From positions 17,460-81,459 of the forward strand of contig JAOPXO010000201.1 of assembly GCA_025965115.1 (NCBI GenBank): DNA of 64,000 bases, written 5' to 3'. Below are positions 50,341-59,694 of this stretch, one piece after another. Below the pieces are notes generated by a model. The model had not been told where the DNA came from. It ran no database searches and was given only the letters and a program-made list of their open reading frames with translations. The stretch comes from Aeromicrobium sp. GTDB lineage: Bacteria > Actinomycetota > Actinomycetes > Propionibacteriales > Nocardioidaceae. Made by a program: the position numbers and the translations under genes. Numbering within the stretch: position 1 is the first letter of the stretch; each line of letters opens with the position of its first letter.

Positions 50341-50361
50341 CCAGGTCGGCCCGGACACGAC

Positions 50362-50392
50362 GACGCCCCCGGCTCCGAAGAACCGGGGGCGT
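50362..50392. terminator. Bidirectional hairpin between ispF and carD
   Basis: ACGCCCCCGG...CCGGGGGCGT. Confidence 0.65.
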
Positions 50393-50421
50393 ACGTGTGA
50401 GTCAGCTCAGGCTGAGTCGTC

Positions 50422-50907
50422 TCAAGAAGCGAGGACCTCGTCAAGACGGGTCTCGGCCTTGTCCTCGTTGGTCTTCTCAGCGAGTGCGAGCTCGGACACC
50501 AGGATCTGGCGGGCCTTGGCCAACATGCGCTTCTCACCGGCCGACAATCCGCGCTCGTGATCGCGGCGCCACAGGTCGCGTACGACCTCGGCAACCTTGA
50601 GGACGTCACCGGAGTGCAGCTTCTCGAGGTTGGCCTTGTAGCGGCGCGACCAGTTGGTCGGCTCTTCGACATGCTCAGCTCGGAGCACACCGAACACGCG
50701 CTCAAGCCCAGCCTCGTCGACAACGTCGCGAACACCGACGAGGTCAACGTTGCAGGCAGGCACGCGGACGATCAGGTCCGTCTGCGAAACAATGCGGAGA
50801 ACCAAGTAGTCGCGGTCCTCGCCCTTGATCTGTCGGGTTTCGATATCTTCGATAACTGCAGCACCGTGATTGGGATAGACAACGGTTTCGCCGACAGTGA
50901 AAGTCAT
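50422..50907 (-). CDS. carD: CarD RNA-polymerase-binding regulator
   Basis: [29 protein letters not shown]. Confidence 0.95.
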   Translation of the reverse strand: MTFTVGETVVYPNHGAAVIEDIETRQIKGEDRDYLVLRIVSQTDLIVRVPACNVDLVGVRDVVDEAGLERVFGVLRAEHVEEPTNWSRRYKANLEKLHSGDVLKVAEVVRDLWRRDHERGLSAGEKRMLAKARQILVSELALAEKTNEDKAETRLDEVLAS

Positions 50908-51094
50908 AGAGAAAATACCTTTCCTAGGTGACAAGGATAACATGAGCGGCCGACTCCGATCCGGGCCGATCTTGGCCCGTGGACCCGTAGCAGACGCTCT
51001 GTCGGCAGGTCAAAGCAGCCATCGACAAACGGCTCGGATACGATCGGCGCGCACCCTTTCTCCACCAAGATCGACCGACGGAAAGCAGGCACCG

Positions 51095-51586
51095 GTGAGC
51101 TCCGTACGACGTCGCCGCCTCGTGGCAACATCCTTGTCCGCCGTCGCCATGCTGGCGCTGACCGCCTGCGGCTTCGACGACCAGACCAACCAGCAATATC
51201 AACCTGCCGCCGGCGCCAACTACCGCAGCTCCACGATCAACGTGCTCAACACCCTGCTGGTCGCCAACGACAACAAGTCGGCCACGCTCTCGGCGTCGAT
51301 CGTCAACAACACCGGGTCAGATCAGGCGCTCACCAGCGTCACGATCGACAGCCTCGATGGCAACAAGTCGCTCCCGGTCCGGAGCACCAAGATCCTCTTG
51401 CCGCTGCCGAAGGGTTCTGCCGCGACGCTCGGCCAGGCCTCCGATGCCGGCGGATTCGTCGTCACCCAGGGCGCCAAGCCGGGCTACTACGTCAAGGTCA
51501 CCCTCAACTTCACCGACGCCGCGCCGGTCACGATCGAAGCTCCGGTCGTCGCGCGCACGCCTGACTACGACTTCGTGACTGGCTAA
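51095..51586 (+). CDS. Lipoprotein, LpqE/PCuAC-like
   Basis: LTAC lipobox; divergent from carD as lpqE is in other Actinobacteria. Confidence 0.7.
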   Translation: MSSVRRRRLVATSLSAVAMLALTACGFDDQTNQQYQPAAGANYRSSTINVLNTLLVANDNKSATLSASIVNNTGSDQALTSVTIDSLDGNKSLPVRSTKILLPLPKGSAATLGQASDAGGFVVTQGAKPGYYVKVTLNFTDAAPVTIEAPVVARTPDYDFVTG

Positions 51587-51595
51587 AGCGCAACC

Positions 51596-52471
51596 ATGCG
51601 GTTCAGCGGCCGCGCGATCGTCATGGTCGTTGCCCTGTTGAGCCTTGCTGCCTGCGGCGTCGACAAGCAGAACAACGAGCCGCATCACCCGGCGACCGGC
51701 GCCAATCGTCACGGAAAGATTGACGTCCTCGACGCGGTGTTCGTGTTGAACACTGGCGGCTCCGCAACGCTCTCGGCCAAGGTGGTCAACAACCTGGCCG
51801 GCAATTCCCAGGAAATACGAGAAGTCGATCTTGCCCTGGTGGGGTCTCCGGCAGATCCGGGCCTCCCTTCACGGTTCTTTGACGACGCCGCGAGCCGCCA
51901 CCATCGCTTCTCCCCCGGCAAGGCTTCGTCGATAGGCCGGTTGTCTGACGACGTCCAAATTCGGGTCGCGTCGGGAGCGACGGTTGGGTCATTCGTCCGC
52001 GCCACCATCTTCTTCGACACATACGACGTCGCGAGCGATGACACAGCCGTGACGATCACGGTGCCAGTAGTCGCACGAACGCCTGCGTACGACTCGGTAG
52101 CGGGCAAGGACGGCAACCGATACATCACTGTCAGGAACGGCAAGATCGTCGTGATCTCCGGCCAGAAGAGGGCGTATGTCGATGGCAATGTCATCAGCAC
52201 GGTCGATGACGCTGCTTACGAGGTGCCCACCGCAGTCGACTCCAGCGGCAAACCGGTCAAGTATCGCCACCAGACAGCAACGGGCGGCCCATACGGGCTG
52301 TTCGCCGACAGGAACAAGGTTGTCCCGATCGGTTCTCCGCCGTACACCACGAGCCTCGGCGACGCCGACTACGTCGACTCCAATGACGTCACCATCGGCG
52401 AGAAGATCACCGTGACGATCCCGTTCCAGTCCGGTGATGTGAAGGCCGTCTTCACTGTTGTCGCTGGCTGA
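51596..52471 (+). CDS. Lipoprotein, extended paralogue of the preceding gene
   Basis: LAAC lipobox; shares PA-GAN, SATLSA, PVVARTP-YD with 51095-51586. Confidence 0.7.
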   Translation: MRFSGRAIVMVVALLSLAACGVDKQNNEPHHPATGANRHGKIDVLDAVFVLNTGGSATLSAKVVNNLAGNSQEIREVDLALVGSPADPGLPSRFFDDAASRHHRFSPGKASSIGRLSDDVQIRVASGATVGSFVRATIFFDTYDVASDDTAVTITVPVVARTPAYDSVAGKDGNRYITVRNGKIVVISGQKRAYVDGNVISTVDDAAYEVPTAVDSSGKPVKYRHQTATGGPYGLFADRNKVVPIGSPPYTTSLGDADYVDSNDVTIGEKITVTIPFQSGDVKAVFTVVAG

Positions 52472-52484
52472 CTAGCACAGCAAA

Positions 52485-52517
52485 GGGTCCCCACCGCGGC
52501 GTACGCGATGAGGACCC
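52485..52517. terminator. Hairpin between convergent genes
   Basis: GGGTCCCCA...TGAGGACCC. Confidence 0.5.
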
Positions 52518-52541
52518 GTTGGGATGCGGCAGTGGTGCGGT

Positions 52542-53189
52542 CTAGGTGAGCTGTCCCTGGCCCGTGACGAGGTAGACGACACGGCGGGCCATCGAGACGG
52601 CGTGATCGCCGATCCGCTCGTAATAGCGGCCGAGGAGCGCGAGGTCGACCGCCGGCTCGACGCCGTGGTCCCAGTCATCGCCGAGCAACGATCGAAGGAG
52701 TTCCCGCCGGAGGCGGTCCATCTCGTCATCCTCGTCCTCGAGCTGGGCGGCGGCGGCAACATCGCGGTTGGCAACGATGCGAGATGCGGAGTCGATCATC
52801 GAGTCGGCCACCGCGGCCATCCGGGTGATCGTCGGGTGCAGGTTGAGTGGCACCGCGGAGTCGGGCATCCGGCGGCGAGCAACCTTGGCAACATGGACCG
52901 ACAGGTCCCCCATCCGCTGCAGGTCGGACAGCATCCGGAGCGTCGCGACGAGCTGGCGCAGGTCGGTGGCGACCGGCTGCTGAGTGGCGAGCAGCAGCAG
53001 CGCCCGCTCCTCGATCATCTCGGTTGCTTCATCGATGTCCTTGTCGCCCGCGATGACCGATTCGGCAATAGCGCCATCGGCCTCGAGCAGGGCCTTGGTG
53101 GATTCGGCGACGGCACGTCGGACGGTGCCGGTGAGACTCACCAGGTCGTCGACGATGGCATCGAGCTGTTCGTAGTACTGATCACGCAT
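52542..53189 (-). CDS. phoU: Phosphate signalling protein PhoU
   Basis: QQPVATDLR, RMGDL, RYYERIGDHAV. Confidence 0.95.
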   Translation of the reverse strand: MRDQYYEQLDAIVDDLVSLTGTVRRAVAESTKALLEADGAIAESVIAGDKDIDEATEMIEERALLLLATQQPVATDLRQLVATLRMLSDLQRMGDLSVHVAKVARRRMPDSAVPLNLHPTITRMAAVADSMIDSASRIVANRDVAAAAQLEDEDDEMDRLRRELLRSLLGDDWDHGVEPAVDLALLGRYYERIGDHAVSMARRVVYLVTGQGQLT

Positions 53190-53210
53190 GTCCCTACCGT
53201 AGGCAGGTGG

Positions 53211-53249
53211 GGTGAACGGACGGCGACCTCCGGTGAACGCGATGTGAAC
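53211..53249 (-). promoter_or_regulatory. PHO (RegX3/PhoP) boxes
   Basis: Three GTTCAC direct repeats on the minus strand (GTGAAC at 53212, 53233, 53244) in the phoU-senX3 divergent region. Confidence 0.65.
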
Positions 53250-53322
53250 AGCAACCGAAGGTCGTTTCGCCTACCGGCTGCGGAGTGCTACAGATGACGA
53301 ATCGCGCCCTACGATCGATGTT

Positions 53323-54459
53323 GTGAACACCAGTGCAGGGATTCTGATCGCCGGGGCGATCGGTGCTGTCATCGGCGCGATGCTCACCTACCTGTGGCGA
53401 TTCAGCGAGCGGCGGCAGAACGCGATCCCGGAGCCGACACCAGTGGTGCCTCCCGGCGCCGAGGCTGTGCTCTCGGTGCTCTCATCCTCCGCTGTCCTGA
53501 TCGACTCCTCTGACACGGTCGTCCAGGCCTCTGCCCCCGCCGTCGCGATGGGAATCGTCCACGAGGACCGGCTGCAACCCGATGAGCTGATGACGCTCGT
53601 ACGCCAAGTGCGTCGCGATGGTCAGGTCCGCGAGGCCGACATTTCTCTCCAGCCCAGGCGCGGCACCACCTCATACATCCATGCTCGGGTTGCACCGCTC
53701 AGCTCGCGACTGATCGTCGTGCTCGCTGACGATCGCACCCGCGAGCAGCGCGTCGAGACGATTCGGCGCGACTTCGTGGCCAATGTCAGCCACGAGCTCA
53801 AGACTCCGGTCGGCGCCCTCAATCTGCTGGCCGAGGCAGTCGCCGAGGCGAAGGACGACCCCGAGGCGGTCGTGCGGTTCTCGAGTCGCATGCACACCGA
53901 GAGCGAGCGACTGACCCGGCTCGTGCAGCAGATCATCGACCTGTCGCGGTTGCAGAACGACATCCTCAGCGACGAGGCGATGACGATCAAGATCGGCGAG
54001 CTGGTGTCCGAGGCGTGCGAACACTCCGCCACCGATGCCGAGCACAAGGACATCACGATCGCGACCGACGTCGAGCCTGAGCTCTACGTCCACGGGGATC
54101 GTGCCCAGCTGCACGCGGCGGTCAGCAATCTCGTCGAGAACGCGGTGACCTACAGCCCCAAGGGCTCGAAGGTCTCGGTCTCGGCGCATCTCGACGGAGA
54201 AGACGTGCGCCTCACGGTTGCCGACAACGGCATCGGCATCCCCGGTGGCGAGCTCGACCGCATCTTCGAGCGGTTCTACCGCGTCGACCCGGCTCGTGCC
54301 CGCACCACCGGAGGCACCGGCCTCGGGCTCTCGATCGTCAAGCACGTCGCCGCCAGCAATGGCGGCACGGTCGAGGTCTGGAGCGAGCCCGGACTCGGCT
54401 CGTCATTCACCCTGGTTTTGCCGGCGTTCAGCGCCGAACTCGATGAGGAGCAATCGTGA
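53323..54459 (+). CDS. senX3: Sensor histidine kinase SenX3/PhoR
   Basis: FVANVSHELKTP, NLVENA, GGTGLGL. Confidence 0.9.
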   Translation: MNTSAGILIAGAIGAVIGAMLTYLWRFSERRQNAIPEPTPVVPPGAEAVLSVLSSSAVLIDSSDTVVQASAPAVAMGIVHEDRLQPDELMTLVRQVRRDGQVREADISLQPRRGTTSYIHARVAPLSSRLIVVLADDRTREQRVETIRRDFVANVSHELKTPVGALNLLAEAVAEAKDDPEAVVRFSSRMHTESERLTRLVQQIIDLSRLQNDILSDEAMTIKIGELVSEACEHSATDAEHKDITIATDVEPELYVHGDRAQLHAAVSNLVENAVTYSPKGSKVSVSAHLDGEDVRLTVADNGIGIPGGELDRIFERFYRVDPARARTTGGTGLGLSIVKHVAASNGGTVEVWSEPGLGSSFTLVLPAFSAELDEEQS

Positions 54460-55136
54460 CGAAGGTATTGGTCGTCGAAGATGAGACGAGCTACAGCGAG
54501 GCGTTGTCGTACGTCCTGCGCAAGGAGGGCTTCGACGTGGCCATCGCGGAGACCGGCCCAGATGCGCTGACAGAGTTCGACCGCAATGGTGCCGACATCG
54601 TGCTGCTCGACCTCATGCTTCCTGGGCTTTCGGGCACCGAGGTGTGCCGGGCATTGCGGCAGGTCTCGTCGGTGCCGATCATCATGGTCAGCGCCAAGGA
54701 CACCGAGGTCGACAAGGTTGTCGGGCTCGAGCTCGGCGCCGACGACTACGTCACCAAGCCGTACTCACCGCGCGAGCTCGTGGCCCGCATCCGCGCGGTG
54801 CTGCGTCGCGGTATCGCCGACGACATCGACGACAATCCCTCGCTTGAGTCTGGGCACGTACGCATGGACGTGGACCGGCACCTCGTGACGATCAGCGGCT
54901 CGGAGACGAAGTTTCCGCTCAAGGAGTTCGAGCTGCTCGAGTACTTCCTGCGCAATCCGGGCCGCGTGCTGACCCGCGGCCAGCTGATCGACCGGGTGTG
55001 GGGTGCGGACTACGTGGGCGACACCAAAACCCTCGACGTCCACGTCAAGCGCCTGCGCGCCAAGATCGAGAAGGACCCGACCAACCCCACGACCCTGACG
55101 ACCGTGCGCGGCCTGGGCTACAAGTACGACGCCTGA
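54456..55136 (+). CDS. regX3: Response regulator RegX3/PhoP
   Basis: LLDLMLPG, WGADYVGDTKTLDVH. Confidence 0.92.
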   Translation: MTKVLVVEDETSYSEALSYVLRKEGFDVAIAETGPDALTEFDRNGADIVLLDLMLPGLSGTEVCRALRQVSSVPIIMVSAKDTEVDKVVGLELGADDYVTKPYSPRELVARIRAVLRRGIADDIDDNPSLESGHVRMDVDRHLVTISGSETKFPLKEFELLEYFLRNPGRVLTRGQLIDRVWGADYVGDTKTLDVHVKRLRAKIEKDPTNPTTLTTVRGLGYKYDA

Positions 55137-55284
55137 CTGACGCGAGTGACGTGCGGATCATCCAGACAGGGAGTCATTTGATCCTCTAGGCTCTGGGCAA
55201 CCCAGCTCCGATGAGGAGTCATATGAGCTGCTCCGTGTGGGTCAATGCCATTGACCCTCATCCCCGGCTCATCCAGGAGCGCCG

Positions 55285-55857
55285 GTGACGAGCACTCTCG
55301 GCGTTCTCGGAGCGATCTTCGGTGTCGTGATCTTTCTGCACGCCTTCTTGTCTTTTCTGTTGCGCGTCAAGGGAATTTCCGGGCTCTCGTATGTCGATAG
55401 CGCCCGTGCGAAACGTCGCGGCGGGCTGAACCAGCTGGAGCTGTTCGACGAAGCGCTGAGCACTGGGGTCGTACCGCCTAACGCTGATCGAGCGAAGTGG
55501 TCGCACGAGCTAGACCCATGGAACCTCCGGCGGGTGTTTGCGCTGGAGAACCTCCTGGCCTCGCTCGTGATCCTCGCCGGCCTGTGGGAGGTCATCACCT
55601 GGATGATCCCGAAGTCCTTCCACGAGATTCTCCTGTCACATCGGACGTGGTGGGTCGCCGGGTACCTCGCAGCCATCGTTCTGCTCGTCGGCAGCGCGAG
55701 GCTGTGGCAGCGTCTCAGACACCGTGACGAGCCCAAGGTCAACAACCGAAAGCGCCTTCGGCAGCAACTGAAGCCGAGGCCGGAGTCGGCCGCCTACAAC
55801 GTCATCAGGGAGCACCGGTCCCGCGTCCGACTGTCCGGGCGCAGGTCTCGCAGCTAG
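55285..55857 (+). CDS. Hypothetical membrane protein
   Basis: Three hydrophobic segments, GGAG SD before GTG. Confidence 0.55.
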   Translation: MTSTLGVLGAIFGVVIFLHAFLSFLLRVKGISGLSYVDSARAKRRGGLNQLELFDEALSTGVVPPNADRAKWSHELDPWNLRRVFALENLLASLVILAGLWEVITWMIPKSFHEILLSHRTWWVAGYLAAIVLLVGSARLWQRLRHRDEPKVNNRKRLRQQLKPRPESAAYNVIREHRSRVRLSGRRSRS

Positions 55858-56597
55858 CGTCCCTGGTTGGCGACGGCGGCGATCGCGGCTGCTGCAGCCT
55901 CGGGGTCGAGGTAGGTGCCGCCGGGGATCGTCGGCTTGAGGTCGGCGTCGAGGTCGTAGACCAGCGGGATGCCGGTCGGGATGTTGAGGCCGACAACGGC
56001 GTCCTCGCTCATCCCATCGAGGTGCTTGACCAGTGCCCGGAGTGAGTTGCCGTGCGCGGTGACCAGCACCGTGCGGCCGTCGAGCAGGTCCGGGACGATC
56101 GCGTCGTACCAGTAGGGCAGCATTCGATCGAGGACGTTGGCGAGGGCTTCCGTCCGCGGCAGCAACTCGTCGGGGAGGGTGGCGTAGCGCGGGTCCTCGG
56201 CCTGGCTGAACTCATCGTCATCGGAGATCGGCGGCGGCGGGACATCGTACGAACGACGCCACAGCATGAACTGTTCCTCGCCGAACTCCTCGAGAGTGGC
56301 CTTCTTGTCCTTGCCCTGAAGAGCGCCGTAGTGCCGCTCGTTGAGACGCCATGATCGGCGTACGGGGATCCAGTGGCGGTCAATCCCGTTGAGCACGATC
56401 TCGGACGTGCGGATCGCTCGGCGAAGCACCGAGGTGTGCGAGACGTCGGGGTAGAGGTCCGCCTGGGCAAGCAGCTCCGGGGCTCGTTCGGCCTCCGCAA
56501 CACCCTGCTCGTTGAGGTCGACATCGACCCAGCCGGTGAACAGATTCTTGGCGTTCCACTCGCTGTGGCCGTGGCGCAGCAGGATCAAGGTGCTCAT
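55854..56597 (-). CDS. gpmA: 2,3-BPG-dependent phosphoglycerate mutase
   Basis: [23 protein letters not shown]. Confidence 0.96.
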   Translation of the reverse strand: MSTLILLRHGHSEWNAKNLFTGWVDVDLNEQGVAEAERAPELLAQADLYPDVSHTSVLRRAIRTSEIVLNGIDRHWIPVRRSWRLNERHYGALQGKDKKATLEEFGEEQFMLWRRSYDVPPPPISDDDEFSQAEDPRYATLPDELLPRTEALANVLDRMLPYWYDAIVPDLLDGRTVLVTAHGNSLRALVKHLDGMSEDAVVGLNIPTGIPLVYDLDADLKPTIPGGTYLDPEAAAAAIAAVANQGR

Positions 56598-56631
56598 GAA
56601 AGTGAGCCTATTCCGTCAGGTTTCGATGAAC

Positions 56632-57297
56632 TCAACCGGCAGGAGGGGGCTCGGCCTTCCACTCGACATAGATCGCGTTGAGCGCCTGCACGTAGTCGTT
56701 CTGCGAATGCACGCCTTCGAGGGTCCATTGGTGCTCGATCACGACGTACGGCAGTTGCTTCACGCCGAGATCGTCCGCCGCTGCGATCTGCGCCCGCACC
56801 TCATCGGCATACTCCGTGCTTGCAAGCAGTGCCTCGGCCGTCTCCAGGTCGAGCCCGACCAGCGCGGCTCGTGTGGCGAGGGTGAAGCTGTCACCGATGT
56901 CGGCGCCCTCGAGGAAGTACGCCCGCCACAGCTGGTGGGCGAGATCGCGCTGAACCCCCGGACCATCCTCATCTGCCCAGGTCAAAAGTCGCCAGGCATC
57001 GAAGGAGTTGGCCTGCACGGCCTCGTCGAAGTTGAGGTCGATGCCGGTGATCTTGGCGCCGGCGGTGACCTGCACGTTGACGAACTCGGCCTTGTCGAGA
57101 CCGCCCAGCCGCTCGGCCAGCGCGTCCATCAGCGGCCGGCCCTCGCTGGGCTCATCGGGCTCGAGCTGGAAGGCCCGCAGGGTGAACTCGATCGGCTCAC
57201 CGGTCAGGATCGAGAACATCGCCGCAGCGCGTTCGAATCGCGTGGCGCCGATATAGGACCACGGGTCGGTGACGTCGACGAAGACCAGCGCTTTCAC
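56632..57297 (-). CDS. DsbA/FrnE-like protein lacking CxxC
   Basis: DVTDPWSYIG in place of DxxCPWCYIG; FQL-P, N(S)FDA, GV--(L)P motifs. Confidence 0.75.
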   Translation of the reverse strand: MKALVFVDVTDPWSYIGATRFERAAAMFSILTGEPIEFTLRAFQLEPDEPSEGRPLMDALAERLGGLDKAEFVNVQVTAGAKITGIDLNFDEAVQANSFDAWRLLTWADEDGPGVQRDLAHQLWRAYFLEGADIGDSFTLATRAALVGLDLETAEALLASTEYADEVRAQIAAADDLGVKQLPYVVIEHQWTLEGVHSQNDYVQALNAIYVEWKAEPPPAG

Positions 57298-57359
57298 AAC
57301 TCAAACGCTACGCGAAGGCCGGTGGACCCGACTGGGGGGACGGATGGGTCACCAGCGGC

Positions 57360-57854
57360 TCAGAATGCCCGATGCGTCCCGAACGTGCGCTGCCAGTACG
57401 TCAGCGGCGCGTCGGTCGAGACGTCCGCTGCCACCACATCGCCGAGGACAAGGGTGTGGTCGCCGGCCTCGACGAGTCGAGCGACGGTGATCGCCACCCA
57501 GGCATGTCGGTCGCGCAGGGCCGGGGCTCCGTCCTCCAGCTGCCACGGAACGTCCGCGAACTTGTCTGAGCCCTTGCGGGCGAAGCGTAGAGCGATCTGG
57601 TCCTGACGGGCATCGAGCACGTTGACCCCGACGAGCAATCCCTCGCGAAGTCTCGACAGCAGCGTCGAAGTGTTGTCGAGCGACACAAGCAGCATCGGGG
57701 GGTCCATCGACAGCGACGCAAAGGCGCTGACCGTCGTCCCGTGCGGCTGGCCATCCTCCAGGACCGTGACGACCGAGACCGCCGCGGCCACATTGCCCAT
57801 CGCCGCCCGGAATGACTTCGAGAGCACCTCGTGATCGAGCGCGCAGGAGGTCAT
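57360..57854 (-). CDS. Flavin reductase-like protein
   Basis: FRAAMG, SLSMDPP, GDHT. Confidence 0.88.
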   Translation of the reverse strand: MTSCALDHEVLSKSFRAAMGNVAAAVSVVTVLEDGQPHGTTVSAFASLSMDPPMLLVSLDNTSTLLSRLREGLLVGVNVLDARQDQIALRFARKGSDKFADVPWQLEDGAPALRDRHAWVAITVARLVEAGDHTLVLGDVVAADVSTDAPLTYWQRTFGTHRAF

Positions 57855-58348
57855 GGGGTGACTCCGACCGAGAGGGTGATCGCTGGTCGCCACCTCTCCG
57901 TCCACGCCCGCTCAACCGGATTGGGCTGAGTGGCGGAGTCGAGGAGGTAGAGCGCCGGAGTCGGTACGGTCGCTCCCAGCTCGACGAGCAATGGCTTGAG
58001 GTGCACCTCCGCCGCCAGCTGGTGAGCGGGCCCGGCGCCCAGCATCAGCGGTACCGCGACGACCCCCTCGAGGCCCGTGCCGGTGTCGAAGCGATCGAGG
58101 AACAGCTTTAGAAGTCCTGAGTACGTCGCCTTGAAGGTCGGAGACGCGATGATCGCGACATCGCTGGCACGGACGGTCTCGACCGCGCGTGACACGGTGA
58201 CGTCACCCCAGTCGAGAAGCCCGGGCCCGAGGTCGGCCACGTCGATCGACGTGACACTCCCTGCTCCGAGACCTTGGGCGATCCGATGGGCCGCATCCCA
58301 GGTGCGCGACCGCGCCTTGGGGTTGCCAACCACGACCGAGACGTTCAC
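57851..58348 (-). CDS. NADPH-dependent FMN reductase (SsuE-like)
   Basis: GNPKARSRT, SPTFKATYSGLLKLFLD. Confidence 0.88.
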   Translation of the reverse strand: MNVSVVVGNPKARSRTWDAAHRIAQGLGAGSVTSIDVADLGPGLLDWGDVTVSRAVETVRASDVAIIASPTFKATYSGLLKLFLDRFDTGTGLEGVVAVPLMLGAGPAHQLAAEVHLKPLLVELGATVPTPALYLLDSATQPNPVERAWTERWRPAITLSVGVTP

Positions 58349-59676
58349 CCGACCTCCGCCAGACGTTCGGCGTTGCGACCCTCGGGAACGGGGAGTCCGA
58401 GGTGATCGCGCAAGGTCGTACCTTCGTACTCGCGGCGGAACAGTCCGCGGTCCTGCAGGATCGGAACGACCTGATCCACGAAGTCTTCAAGACCCGACGG
58501 CATCGTGGCCGGCATGATGTTGAACCCGTCCGAGGCGCCGTGGGTGAACCATTCCTCGATCGTGTCGGCGACCTGCTCGGGTGTGCCGGCAAACGTACGG
58601 TGGCCGCGTCCGCCGCCGAGCCGGATCAGCAGCTCGCGCACGGTCAGGTTCTCGCGCCGAGCCAGGTTGACGGTCAGCTCGTAGCGGCTGCTCCTGACCT
58701 CGTCGACCGGCCGGATGTTGGCCGGCAGTGGCGCGTCGAGGTCGAGCTCGGACACCGGCAGCCCGACGCTCTCGGCCAGCTGCTGGAGCGGGTGCTCCAG
58801 CACGATTAGGTCGTCGAGCTGACGGTCGAGGCGTTGCGCCTCCTCCTCGGTACCGCCGATGACGGTCACGATGCCAGGGAGGATCTTGAGGCCTTCGGGG
58901 TCACGCCCGGCGCGCAGGGTCGCTGCCTTGAGCTTGCCGTAGAACGCCTGGCCGTCCTCGAGGGTGGTCTGCGCGGTGAAGACCGCTTCGGCGTATGCGG
59001 CGGCGAGCTCGATGCCAGGCCCGGACGAGCCGGCCTGCACGATGACCGGCGACCCCTGCGGGCTGCGGGCGACGTTGAGTGGTCCACGTACCTTGAAGAA
59101 CTCGCCTTCATAGTCGAGCCGGTGGACCTTCTCCGGATCGGCGTAGACACCGGTGTCCTTGTCGGCGAGGACCGCGTCGTCGGCCCAGCTGCTCCACAGG
59201 CCGAGGGTCACTTCCAGGAACTCGTGCGCACGCCGATAGCGGTCCTCAGGCTGCGGGTGCGAATCGAGGTTGAAGTTGAGGGCCGCTTCCTCGCTGCCGG
59301 TCGTGACGACATTCCAGCCCGCCCGACCGCCGCTGATCTGGTCGAGGCTGGCGAACGAGCGTGCAAGGTTGTACGGCTCGTTGAACGTTGTCGACGATGT
59401 GGCGATCAGCCCGATCCGCTCGGTCACGCCTGCGATGGCGGTGAGCAGCAGGACCGGGTCGAGCGTCTCCGCGGGTCGCCGCGCCGGGTTCGACATCAGG
59501 ACGGGTGCGTCGGCGAAGAAGATCGAGTCGAGCTTCCCGCGTTCGGCTATGCGGGCAAGGTTCTGGAAGTGCGAGACGTCCGAGCTCGCCCGCGGGTTGC
59601 TCTCGGGCAGGCGCCATGAGGCCTCGTGGTGCCCGGTGCTCATGATGAACGCGTTGAGGTGCAGCTGTCGTGTCAT
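58345..59676 (-). CDS. NtaA/DszA/SnaA family FMNH2-dependent monooxygenase
   Basis: AERGKLDSIFFAD, GRAGWNVVT, QAGSS, FRREYEGTTLR. Confidence 0.92.
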   Translation of the reverse strand: MTRQLHLNAFIMSTGHHEASWRLPESNPRASSDVSHFQNLARIAERGKLDSIFFADAPVLMSNPARRPAETLDPVLLLTAIAGVTERIGLIATSSTTFNEPYNLARSFASLDQISGGRAGWNVVTTGSEEAALNFNLDSHPQPEDRYRRAHEFLEVTLGLWSSWADDAVLADKDTGVYADPEKVHRLDYEGEFFKVRGPLNVARSPQGSPVIVQAGSSGPGIELAAAYAEAVFTAQTTLEDGQAFYGKLKAATLRAGRDPEGLKILPGIVTVIGGTEEEAQRLDRQLDDLIVLEHPLQQLAESVGLPVSELDLDAPLPANIRPVDEVRSSRYELTVNLARRENLTVRELLIRLGGGRGHRTFAGTPEQVADTIEEWFTHGASDGFNIMPATMPSGLEDFVDQVVPILQDRGLFRREYEGTTLRDHLGLPVPEGRNAERLAEVG

Positions 59677-59694
59677 GTCAGTTCCTTCGATTGG

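Noticed and set aside
56619-56641. GGTTTCGATGAACTCAACCGGC resembling an actinobacterial REP-like unit
   Set aside because: Single degenerate copy in the window; cannot be supported as a repeat here
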